64,000 bases of DNA. Origin: an uncultured Akkermansia sp. Its GTDB lineage: Bacteria; Bacteroidota; Bacteroidia; Flavobacteriales_D; Crocinitomicaceae. The notes beneath the pieces are model-generated. The model made no database searches and had not been told where the DNA came from. It saw only the letters and a program-made list of their open reading frames with translations. The first letter of the stretch is position 1, and every line of letters starts with the position of its first letter. A program made the translations under genes and the position numbers. Positions 28,171-37,250 of the stretch are shown here, piece by piece. The stretch is from positions 827 to 64,826 of the forward strand of contig CAZGJF010000007.1 of NCBI GenBank assembly GCA_964526595.1, in the 5' to 3' direction.

Positions 28171-29164
28171 CTCCAATTATGATGTCACCAAGCCCGGATG
28201 TTTTATATACTTTGTAATCTCCATGTTCATCAGAGTAAATCAAGTAGGCTTGAATTTCAGGATGTTTATCCAAGTAATTTATTGCAGCATTGAGTCCCAT
28301 AACCAAAATTCCGGTAGCAGTAGCATCTGAAGTAATGCACTCATTTGCAAAAATGGATGCACTCAATAAATTATTCTTTGTAGGATAACCTGTTTTTGGG
28401 TCAATATGGTGCGCATATTTTACACCATCCTCAATAATGAATCGCCTATAATTTCCTGACGTTGCAATTGCTCTGTTTTCTAATTTAGCGATGGCATAAT
28501 AAGTGTTTCCAGACAATTTGTTGTCATAAGGTTCTTCAATTCCAACAGTCCAGTTTTCGCCATTAGACTGTATCCCCCTTGCATATACTTCTCCACCAAT
28601 CTCAACGATAAACGATGTGATTCCATTTAGTTCTAAATAGCTTGAAACAACATCAACAGAATATCCTTGAGCAAATGCATTAAAATCCAACGTAACTCGT
28701 GGGTCTTTTTTGACAATTTTATTTCCGCGTCTTAGATTTATTTTCTCAAATCCAACAAAGGAGATCATACTGTCGATTTGGTTTTGTCCTATTATTTTCT
28801 TTTTTCCGGGACCAAATCCCCATGCATTCACCAAAGGATAAACAGTTGGATCAAATGCACCACCTGTATTTGTCCAAATTTCTTTTGCCTTGTTAAAACA
28901 GGTGATAAAATAGTTGTCGAGTTTTACGTTTTTCTCATTGCGATTGATTCGTGAAATGATTGAATTCGGTTGATACGTAGAAACCGATAGATCAAAATCG
29001 CGTAAAATACTGTCTATTTGAAATTGTAAATCACGGTTTTGATGATCGTAGTAACTGATGTGATAAAATGTCCCTTGGGCCTCACCCTCCAATGTTTTGA
29101 ATGTTTCTTGTGAGTAAAAAATACTTGAAATGAATATCGAAGAAGCTAATAATAGTGTTTTCAT
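28163..29164 (-). CDS. apbE: FAD:protein FMN transferase (ApbE family)
   Basis: GGAFDPTVYPLVNAWGFGP, AIATSGNYRRF and YAHHIDPKTGYP are ApbE hallmarks. The ATG at 29164 gives the signal peptide MKTLLLASSIFISSIFYSQ. Confidence 0.9.
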   Translation of the reverse strand: MKTLLLASSIFISSIFYSQETFKTLEGEAQGTFYHISYYDHQNRDLQFQIDSILRDFDLSVSTYQPNSIISRINRNEKNVKLDNYFITCFNKAKEIWTNTGGAFDPTVYPLVNAWGFGPGKKKIIGQNQIDSMISFVGFEKINLRRGNKIVKKDPRVTLDFNAFAQGYSVDVVSSYLELNGITSFIVEIGGEVYARGIQSNGENWTVGIEEPYDNKLSGNTYYAIAKLENRAIATSGNYRRFIIEDGVKYAHHIDPKTGYPTKNNLLSASIFANECITSDATATGILVMGLNAAINYLDKHPEIQAYLIYSDEHGDYKVYKTSGLGDIIIGEK

Positions 29165-29619
29165 AATTATCAAACAAAACGTAAATATACTATGGAGGAT
29201 TTTATGAATAATACAGTATTTTTATTTCAATTCTGGATGCAATAAATTAAGACCTTCCAGTAAATAAGAATTTTTCTACATTGATTCAGTGGTTATAAAT
29301 TATGAATACTCTGGATAGTGTATGATTCACACATATAATTAGAAAAATGTTAAATTAGTTTAAAAAAAAGATGTTTCATTTGAATAGATATGAAAATTCA
29401 AATTAATTCAGGTTACCTTTACTATTAAAAGCAACTTTTACATAAACAGAAACGTCTTAAATAGGTCTAAAATGAATATTTCCAGTGCGATAATATATTT
29501 TAACAGTGAAAACAAAATATTTTAACAGTAAATATTGCTACGGCTTTGTATTATTAATGACTATTGCACACTGAAATAGAACAAATACTATTTTTTTATT
29601 AATTTATTAACACATTATT

Positions 29620-30006
29620 ATGGATTTACATATCGGACAATTAATTAAGGAGCAACTGGAAAAATCAGGAATGAAAAAAACCGAGTTCGCTCGTCGTATA
29701 AACATTACTAGTCAGAATGTTTACCACATTTTTACTCGTAAATCAATCGATACTGGTTTGTTAGAAAGTATTTCAGATGTTTTAAAATTCAATTTTTTTG
29801 AGTCTTTGGAGATGCATTACTCAAGGAAGTCAAGTGAAACATGGAACGAAATGGCTCAAAAGTACGGTTCAGCTACGAATCTAATGGAAGCTCTTGAAAA
29901 AGCAAACCGTGATTTGAATACAAATAAAGTACAAACGAAACAATTACAAAAAGAGGTTGACTATCTCAAGGAAATTAATCGATTATTACAAAAGAACGGT
30001 CATTAA
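29620..30006 (+). CDS. XRE/Cro-like helix-turn-helix protein with a coiled-coil tail
   Basis: GMKKTEFARRINITSQNVYHIFTRKS is HTH-like. The C-terminal heptad-like region is KVQTKQLQKEVDYLKEINRLLQK. Confidence 0.6.
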   Translation: MDLHIGQLIKEQLEKSGMKKTEFARRINITSQNVYHIFTRKSIDTGLLESISDVLKFNFFESLEMHYSRKSSETWNEMAQKYGSATNLMEALEKANRDLNTNKVQTKQLQKEVDYLKEINRLLQKNGH

Positions 30007-30018
30007 TAAACAATAGAT

Positions 30019-33000
30019 TTATTTCATTATTGTTACATTTCCTTTTACAATGGTTTCAGTACCGTTTAAACAGGATGCCTTTAAATAATAGTCGAACACA
30101 TCCGGTTCCAGCTTTTTTCCCCTGAACGTTCCATCCCATCCTTTGTTGCGTTCGGTTGTTTCAAATACTAACTCTCCCCATCTGTCAAAAATTCGAAAGA
30201 CTATTTGATCGATGATTTTTCCACGAACATATAAAATATCATTTTCGTTATCACCATTTGGAGTAAAAGCATTCGGAACATATACAAATGGTTGGTCGCA
30301 AATGTATTCCACGGCTTTTATGAATACAGTATCTGAACGTTTACATATTCCATCGCTGACCGTCAAGGTATAAAGCATACTCTCATTAATTAATGCTTGT
30401 GTGTTTTGGCTAGTGGGATTTGCTAAGCCATCCAAAGGTTGCCACTCATAGTTCATTCCGGAGGGTTTTCCTAATAATTTAGTGCTTCCTCCAACGGGAA
30501 TGATATAGTCTGTTGCTGAAGCTTCAACTTCGTTTTCTTGCAAAATCCCTACATTCATATACACAGAGTCTTTTATAATGCAACCATTAGAAGCCTGTGC
30601 TGTGACAAAAAGATATTGGCTTGTGTTCGCTTTTATAATGACTGCATTTTCAGCAACCTGTGAAACAACAATTGAATCGGGAATCCATACGAATGCAAAT
30701 GCAATTTCAGGATTAGTATTAATCGCACTAATAGTGCTATTTTCACCGATGCATAGGGAGTCTTTTCCTGTTAAACTCAGGTCAGAGCTGATGAATTGGA
30801 AATATACACTATCAACTGTTTCACAAGCTGTATTTTCCGCTTTTATATAGAATGTTCCTGATCCTTCAGGAGTAATAATCAGCGTAGAGTCAGCTAAATT
30901 TTCGTTTAGTGTGTCAGAAAAAGCTGAATTTGAAGACCATACAAATTGATTTGCTGTTCCTTGTGTGTTTGCTACAACAATCCAAGGCACAGGTTTACAT
31001 AGTTTAACAGAGTCCTCGACTTGAAGCTTCACTGAATCAATAACTGTTATCTTGATTTGCGCAGTATCTGTCAATAAGCATACACTGTCTTGAACGTATA
31101 AGTTAATTGTATAGATTCCTGTTTCATTGTAGGTAAGTGTAGGTTCGAAAATAATAGAAGAAGTATCGCCATTGCCAAAATCCCATAAATAGCTGTCTGA
31201 ATCAGATGATTGGTTGATTAGTGTTACTGTAAAAGGGACACAACCAATCGTTTGATTCGTTGAGAATTGAGCCTTAGGGATTAGTTGAAAATCAAATTTA
31301 AAAATGATATTGTTGCAGTTAGTACTTAGGTTGGTGTCAGACCATGCCCCCGGCGTGGTCGGAAAATCTGAAAAACCACTACATCCCCCACAGACTGATT
31401 GATATACAACACCATTTTTATCAAAACGTGAAGTGCCCCCGTCAACATGTTCATATGCTTGATTACCACCTAAGTATGTCCCATAAAGCATGTTGTTAAA
31501 ATTCCTGTCGATGACTAATAAATAAAAATCAAAACCATTTGGTGGAGAAGCTTGGAAAGCGTTTGTCGTGACGGGCATACCTGATAGAGGATTTCCTTGA
31601 AGGATATTCGCTCCCCAGCCTGAAATGTAAATATTTCCGCAAATATCGACCATAAATGCAGACGGTGATATGTTTAAAAGGCCATTCCCATTTCCAAATA
31701 TGGTAGAATTCAGATTTGCCGTTAATGTTGGGTTGAGTTTAATGACAAACTGTCCACTATTAGTGTTTACAAAATTGGAATTTTGAATTGGAAATTGACC
31801 TCCACTTGATTGTCCAACCAAAAAGACATTGTCATTTCTATCAATTTCAACAAAAAATGCTTGGTCATAATGCTGCGTACCTATGTAACTTGCATTTACA
31901 ATCGTATTATCTGCCGGATTTAATTTTACAACAAATCCATCTGTTTTACCACCCAAAAAATTAGAATTCAAACCATTGCTTGTAAATAATAGATTTTGTG
32001 AGCTTGTTCCGCCACAAAAAACAATATTCCCGGAAGAATCAACTTTGACTGAATAACAGGCGTCATTATTACTGCCACCATAGTAACTTGAGAATAGAAG
32101 ACTGTCAAGATCTGATGTCAGTTTGAAAATAACACCATCTTGCATACCTGCATTGTTTGACTGAAAAGCATTTTTTAATGGAAAGTTAACTGATTTAGTA
32201 CAAGTTGCAACGATGCAATTTCCAATTGAGTCTAACATGATCTCCCCTCGAAACTGATCACCATAATTAGTCGTTAAAGAATCATAAGATTCAACAGTAT
32301 TATAAATACCTGAACTTACTTTGGTATTGATTCCATCGTTCATTGTTCCCCCAATGTATGTAGAAGCTAAGAGTTGATGTCCATCGGCACTTATTTTTGA
32401 AACATAAATATCGGTTCCCTGATCGGTAAAATGTACCCCATTAAAGGTGAAATTAGCATTGGAGGCTCCACCAGCATGAAAAGATTGATAACCATTCACA
32501 ACAGGAAAATCAACACTTGATGTTGCTCCATATACATATAGGTTGTCAAATTGATCACAGATTAAACTGTGAGCTGTTTCAGTACCCTGATTGTTATCAC
32601 CTCCTCCAAGATAAGTTGTCCAAAGCATGGTAGTTCCATCTGATGCATATTTAGATATAAAAACATCGGTGATACCATCCACCATATTATTTTGAACGGT
32701 AAAGTTTGAGTTTACATTATATGCATTTAAATACGGCGTAGGATATGCATTGCCAAAAACAGTTCCAGCCGAATAAGCGGAGCCATCATGTCCATATGTT
32801 GCAGTCATTCCAAAATTGTCTGTGACAGAACCTGAGTATGTGGCAAAAACTAAAATAGGATCTATAACCAATACCATATTCTTACGATAGAATCCCAGTT
32901 TAAAGCTAACCTTATTTTCTTGAACCTCAAATGAGCAGGATACTGGAATGATTTTTCCATTCACGATTTGAAAAGCATAGGGCTTTTTTTCAGTGATTGT

Positions 33001-33603
33001 CCCTAAAGGAGTAGTAATGAGTAAATCTCCTTTTTCACTAATACTGACTTTTTGCTGCCCCTCCAATTGGAAGTGAATGAGATTGGGATCAATATTTGGT
33101 TTCAAATGAAATTCATATTTCAATCTTGAATCCTGTTCAATGATTTTTAAATCGATCCCGTCGTAAAAATCAATCAATGTAGCTTCACCATAACCCCGAA
33201 CGTCGGATACCCACTTCGATTGATTATTTCCGATAAAATAATTGAAATAATAATCAGAAGGGTATTTCTTTTCGATAGAATTTATTTTATTAGCACCAAT
33301 AAAATTCAGATGAACAACATGTTGTTTATTTGCTGAATTGGAAATGCTCAAATCTTTTGATATTGGATGTTCATGCATTTCTTTGGTGTATGAAAAATCT
33401 TGCAGATGAAAAACAAATTTTTGTTGCTGAATCCATAAATTTCCACCGGAAAAACCTGCTTTGAATAGTATTTCAGGTGCCCATTGACCTTTGTTTTCTA
33501 TGAATTTGTAATGAGTTTGGTGTTTGTAAATTAATTCTTGCCCCTGAATTGAAATAGTCAAGAAAAAAAAACAATAGACAAAACTCGCTGTATAAAATCG
33601 CAT
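30019..33603 (-). CDS. Large T9SS surface protein with SBBP beta-propeller repeats, a PKD-like domain and a type-B CTD
   Basis: The SBBP-type repeats are TYLGGGDNNQG...DNLYVYGATSSVDFPV, STYIGGTMNDG, SYYGGSNNDACYSVKVDSSGNIVFCGGTSS and GTYLGGNQAYEHVDG. The PKD-like motif is YLWDFGNGD. The C-terminus is VPNAFTPNGDNENDILYVRG...IFDRWGELVFET...KGWDGTFRGK...GNVTIMK. Confidence 0.85.
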   Translation of the reverse strand: MRFYTASFVYCFFFLTISIQGQELIYKHQTHYKFIENKGQWAPEILFKAGFSGGNLWIQQQKFVFHLQDFSYTKEMHEHPISKDLSISNSANKQHVVHLNFIGANKINSIEKKYPSDYYFNYFIGNNQSKWVSDVRGYGEATLIDFYDGIDLKIIEQDSRLKYEFHLKPNIDPNLIHFQLEGQQKVSISEKGDLLITTPLGTITEKKPYAFQIVNGKIIPVSCSFEVQENKVSFKLGFYRKNMVLVIDPILVFATYSGSVTDNFGMTATYGHDGSAYSAGTVFGNAYPTPYLNAYNVNSNFTVQNNMVDGITDVFISKYASDGTTMLWTTYLGGGDNNQGTETAHSLICDQFDNLYVYGATSSVDFPVVNGYQSFHAGGASNANFTFNGVHFTDQGTDIYVSKISADGHQLLASTYIGGTMNDGINTKVSSGIYNTVESYDSLTTNYGDQFRGEIMLDSIGNCIVATCTKSVNFPLKNAFQSNNAGMQDGVIFKLTSDLDSLLFSSYYGGSNNDACYSVKVDSSGNIVFCGGTSSQNLLFTSNGLNSNFLGGKTDGFVVKLNPADNTIVNASYIGTQHYDQAFFVEIDRNDNVFLVGQSSGGQFPIQNSNFVNTNSGQFVIKLNPTLTANLNSTIFGNGNGLLNISPSAFMVDICGNIYISGWGANILQGNPLSGMPVTTNAFQASPPNGFDFYLLVIDRNFNNMLYGTYLGGNQAYEHVDGGTSRFDKNGVVYQSVCGGCSGFSDFPTTPGAWSDTNLSTNCNNIIFKFDFQLIPKAQFSTNQTIGCVPFTVTLINQSSDSDSYLWDFGNGDTSSIIFEPTLTYNETGIYTINLYVQDSVCLLTDTAQIKITVIDSVKLQVEDSVKLCKPVPWIVVANTQGTANQFVWSSNSAFSDTLNENLADSTLIITPEGSGTFYIKAENTACETVDSVYFQFISSDLSLTGKDSLCIGENSTISAINTNPEIAFAFVWIPDSIVVSQVAENAVIIKANTSQYLFVTAQASNGCIIKDSVYMNVGILQENEVEASATDYIIPVGGSTKLLGKPSGMNYEWQPLDGLANPTSQNTQALINESMLYTLTVSDGICKRSDTVFIKAVEYICDQPFVYVPNAFTPNGDNENDILYVRGKIIDQIVFRIFDRWGELVFETTERNKGWDGTFRGKKLEPDVFDYYLKASCLNGTETIVKGNVTIMK

Positions 33604-33762
33604 GATGGAAACTAAGATAGTGAAATATCAATTCATGAAGCGCGTTTTTCTAGTTTACGATGTATTTATACCATTCTAATTAAAAAGCGAACTAAATAGT
33701 CAGGTAAACATTGAAAAACAAGTAAATTAGCATGATTTTTAGTTTTAGCATTGTATTAATTT

Positions 33763-34716
33763 ATGAAGAACAGAATTACGGAGTTATTTTCAATACAATA
33801 TCCATTGATTCAGGCGGGCATGATTTGGTGTTCCGGTTGGAGATTGGCATCCTCCGTCTCTAATGCCGGTGGTTTGGGAGTAATCGGTTCCGGGTCAATG
33901 TATCCTGATGTTTTGGAAGAACACATTATCAAATGCAGAAAAGCTACTGATAAACCTTTTGCTGTGAATCTACCTATGTTATATCCTGATATTGATAAAC
34001 ATATTCAAACAATCATCAAGTATCAGGTACCTATCGTATTTACATCTGCAGGAAATCCGACTGTGTGGACATCCATGCTGAAAGAAAACGGAATTAAAGT
34101 CGCACATGTAGTTTCCGGACTCAAATTTGCTTTGAAAGCTCAGGATGCGGGGGTTGATGCAATTGTAGCTGAGGGATTTGAAGCAGGTGGACATAACGGT
34201 AGAGATGAAACAACAACTTTTTGTTTAATACCTATGATTGCTGAAAAAGTAGATATTCCTATGATTGCTGCAGGAGGTATCGCAACTGGAAAAGGTATGT
34301 TGGCGGCTATGAATTTGGGAGCTGAAGCTGTCCAAATAGGTAGTCGATTTGTTGCAACAGAAGAGTCAAGTGCTCACGATTTTTTTAAAAAAGCCGTTGT
34401 TGATGCCGGAGAAGGGGATACGTTGTTGACTTTAAAAGATCTCACGCCGGTTCGCTTACTTAAAAATCCATTTTTTCATACAGTACAGGATGCATATAAG
34501 CATGGAGCAACTAAAGAAGAACTCATTTCGTTATTGGGAAGAGGGCGCGCAAAAAAAGGAATGTTTGAGGGTGATATGATTGAAGGAGAATTGGAAATAG
34601 GACAGATCTCCGGGTTGATTCATCGAATCATGCCTGCAGCTGAGGTGGTGCAAGAAATTATTTTAGAATATAAAGACACTTTGCTGAAACAACAAAGTGA
34701 TAAATACCTTTTTTGA
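33763..34716 (+). CDS. NAD(P)H-dependent flavin oxidoreductase (nitronate monooxygenase / FabK-like family)
   Basis: YPLIQAGMIWCSGWRLASSVSNAGGLGVIG, AEGFEAGGHNG and IAAGGIATGKGMLAAMNLGAEAVQIGSRF. Confidence 0.8.
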   Translation: MKNRITELFSIQYPLIQAGMIWCSGWRLASSVSNAGGLGVIGSGSMYPDVLEEHIIKCRKATDKPFAVNLPMLYPDIDKHIQTIIKYQVPIVFTSAGNPTVWTSMLKENGIKVAHVVSGLKFALKAQDAGVDAIVAEGFEAGGHNGRDETTTFCLIPMIAEKVDIPMIAAGGIATGKGMLAAMNLGAEAVQIGSRFVATEESSAHDFFKKAVVDAGEGDTLLTLKDLTPVRLLKNPFFHTVQDAYKHGATKEELISLLGRGRAKKGMFEGDMIEGELEIGQISGLIHRIMPAAEVVQEIILEYKDTLLKQQSDKYLF

Positions 34717-35963
34717 TGGTTAAATTTGAGCGGTTCAAACTGCAAAACGGATTAACGGTTTTATTCCATAAGGACATCACAACACCCATGTGTGTTGTAA
34801 ATACGTTGTTTGATGTTGGTGCTCGTGATGAAACCGAAGATAAAACCGGTTTCGCGCACCTTTTCGAGCATCTAATGTTTGGAGGTTCTGTCAATATTCC
34901 TGATTTTGATGCACCTTTACAGTTAGCAGGGGGAGAGAGTAATGCTTTTACTTCAAACGATATTACAAATTATTACAATATCTTGCCTGCTCACAATTTA
35001 GAAACAGCACTCTGGCTAGAAAGTGATCGCCTATTATCCCTTGCATTTACAGAAAAAAGTCTTGAAGTACAACGCAATGTAGTTATTGAAGAATTCAAAC
35101 AACGCTATCTCAATCAGCCTTATGGTGATGTCTGGTTGAATCTGAGACCTTTGGCATATAAAGTTCATCCGTATAAATGGGCAACAATTGGTAAAGAAAT
35201 CAAGCATATTGAGAATGCAACTATGGATGATGTTAAATCTTTCTTTTATGAGCATTATAATCCCTCAAATGCCATCTTGTGTATTGCCGGAAATTTTGAA
35301 TTAGAGTTTATTAAATCAATGGTTGAAAAGTGGTACTCTGATATTCCATCAGGACTCAAACCACCGCGTATGCTCAATGCAGAACCTAAACAGACTGAAT
35401 TTCGTGAGAAAACAATCAATCGTGCTGTACCGGCTGATGCTTTTTACTATGCATTTAAAATGCCTGAACGCAAAAGTGAGGGCTATTACACATGTGATTT
35501 GTTGTCTGATGCATTAGGTCGTGATAAATCATCCAGATTGTATGTGACATTAAAAAAAGAACAAAAACTTGTTTCTGAAATCGGAGCTTACATTTCCGGT
35601 TCGATGGATGAAGGGCTGTTGGTTATATCCGGGAAGCTTAACGAAGGTATTTCATTTGAGCAATTGGATAAGGCCTTGTGGCAAGAATTAAAAAAACTCA
35701 AAGAAAAGCCTATTGAAAAACATGAAATGGATCGTTTGAAAATAAAAATACATACTTCGAGGGAATTTCAGGAGCAAGGCTTGTTAAATAGAGCGATGAA
35801 TTTATGTCATTTTGAATTGTTGGGGGACGCAGATGGAATCAATACAGAACACGAAATATATCAGTTTATCCAATCGGAACATCTCCAGGAAACAGCCATT
35901 CGAATCCTTCAACCGAAAAATTGCTCTTTGTTAAAAGTAAAAGCAAGCCATCATGCTGAATAG
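34716..35963 (+). CDS. M16 (pitrilysin/insulinase) family zinc peptidase, catalytic-type subunit
   Basis: Inverted zinc motif HxxEH in GFAHLFEHLMFGGS. The ATG at 34716 overlaps the upstream stop (TGATG). Confidence 0.85.
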   Translation: MVKFERFKLQNGLTVLFHKDITTPMCVVNTLFDVGARDETEDKTGFAHLFEHLMFGGSVNIPDFDAPLQLAGGESNAFTSNDITNYYNILPAHNLETALWLESDRLLSLAFTEKSLEVQRNVVIEEFKQRYLNQPYGDVWLNLRPLAYKVHPYKWATIGKEIKHIENATMDDVKSFFYEHYNPSNAILCIAGNFELEFIKSMVEKWYSDIPSGLKPPRMLNAEPKQTEFREKTINRAVPADAFYYAFKMPERKSEGYYTCDLLSDALGRDKSSRLYVTLKKEQKLVSEIGAYISGSMDEGLLVISGKLNEGISFEQLDKALWQELKKLKEKPIEKHEMDRLKIKIHTSREFQEQGLLNRAMNLCHFELLGDADGINTEHEIYQFIQSEHLQETAIRILQPKNCSLLKVKASHHAE

Positions 35964-37209
35964 AACCATTGCCCCAAAATTGACAGATATTCATAAGATT
36001 GATTTTGTCAAGCCGCAAATTTTCGATGTCTCCAAAAATGTCAAATTGTTTTTCATGCAGGAGGTGTCTGACGAAACAGCAAGATTGGATTTGTATTTTA
36101 ATGCAGGAACCACTCAAGGAGAACCGGCTATAGCATCTTTTGTAAATGGCTTGCTGCTTTCCGGTACATCAAGTAAAACATCTGTTCAAATTCATCAAGA
36201 AATTGATGCATTGGGAGGCTTTTACGAATCGGGAATTTCCGCTGAAAATGCGGTAGTTACGATGTATTCTCTACGTGACAAATTGCTTCCTATTTCTCAA
36301 ATTTTGAAGGATGCCATAGAAAACTTGGTTTTTCATGAACATGAAGTAGCAGAATTGCTTAGCGATCGTCGGCAGAAGTTCAAGGTTAATATGGAAAAAG
36401 TTAGTTTTTTAGCTCAAAGGCAGTTTCAGAAAAATCTGTTTAATAATCCAGTTTATGGTAGGGTTAGTGAAGAACGTGATTTTGATACGATCACTACAGA
36501 CAAATTAAAGCATTTTTTTCAGCGTCATTACCTTCAAGGACTTACCAAAATAGTATTGGTTGGCAATCTGTCTCAAGATGAGGTCGATGAATTGATTGAC
36601 TGCTTTGGAAATTGGGTAATTGATCATATCCCAACTTATAATAATGATATTCATAACTTGCCAGGAGTCACTCATGTGTCAAAAGAAAAAGCATTGCAGA
36701 CTGCTATTCGAGTAGGTAAAACGTTATTTAATAAAACCCATAAAGATTACACTGACTTCTTGGTTCTTAATACCATTTTAGGTGACTATTTTGGAAGCCG
36801 TTTAATGTCCAACATCCGAGAAGAAAAGGGATTTACGTATGGTATTGGCTCTATGGTTGCCGAATTACATGACTTTGGTTACTTTCTGATTGCTACAGAA
36901 GTAGGTGAAAAATTCAAGGATGCAACATTTGTTGAAATTAGACGTGAAATTGAAAAGATTCAAAATGAGATTGTTACGATAGAGGAGCTTGTGCTGGTTA
37001 AAAATTACATGTTGGGGCAATTACTTAAAAGTGCTGATGGTCCGTATGCCTTGATTGATTTGTATATGGGAGTAGAACCTTATGGGATGGGACTTGATTT
37101 TTACAATCAGATGATTGAATCTATCAATCGGATTACTCCTCAACGGATTCAACAATTGGCTCAAGATTATTTGAATTGGGATGAAATGACCATTGTTTCA
37201 GCAGGTTAA
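35953..37209 (+). CDS. M16 family peptidase, non-catalytic-type partner (no HxxEH)
   Basis: It has the same fold-length and M16 C-terminal-type sequence, lacks the HxxEH motif and overlaps the preceding M16 gene by 11 nt. Confidence 0.75.
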   Translation: MLNRTIAPKLTDIHKIDFVKPQIFDVSKNVKLFFMQEVSDETARLDLYFNAGTTQGEPAIASFVNGLLLSGTSSKTSVQIHQEIDALGGFYESGISAENAVVTMYSLRDKLLPISQILKDAIENLVFHEHEVAELLSDRRQKFKVNMEKVSFLAQRQFQKNLFNNPVYGRVSEERDFDTITTDKLKHFFQRHYLQGLTKIVLVGNLSQDEVDELIDCFGNWVIDHIPTYNNDIHNLPGVTHVSKEKALQTAIRVGKTLFNKTHKDYTDFLVLNTILGDYFGSRLMSNIREEKGFTYGIGSMVAELHDFGYFLIATEVGEKFKDATFVEIRREIEKIQNEIVTIEELVLVKNYMLGQLLKSADGPYALIDLYMGVEPYGMGLDFYNQMIESINRITPQRIQQLAQDYLNWDEMTIVSAG

Positions 37210-37250
37210 CTATGTTTATACTAATTCTAAGTTAATTGCGTTTAGTATTC

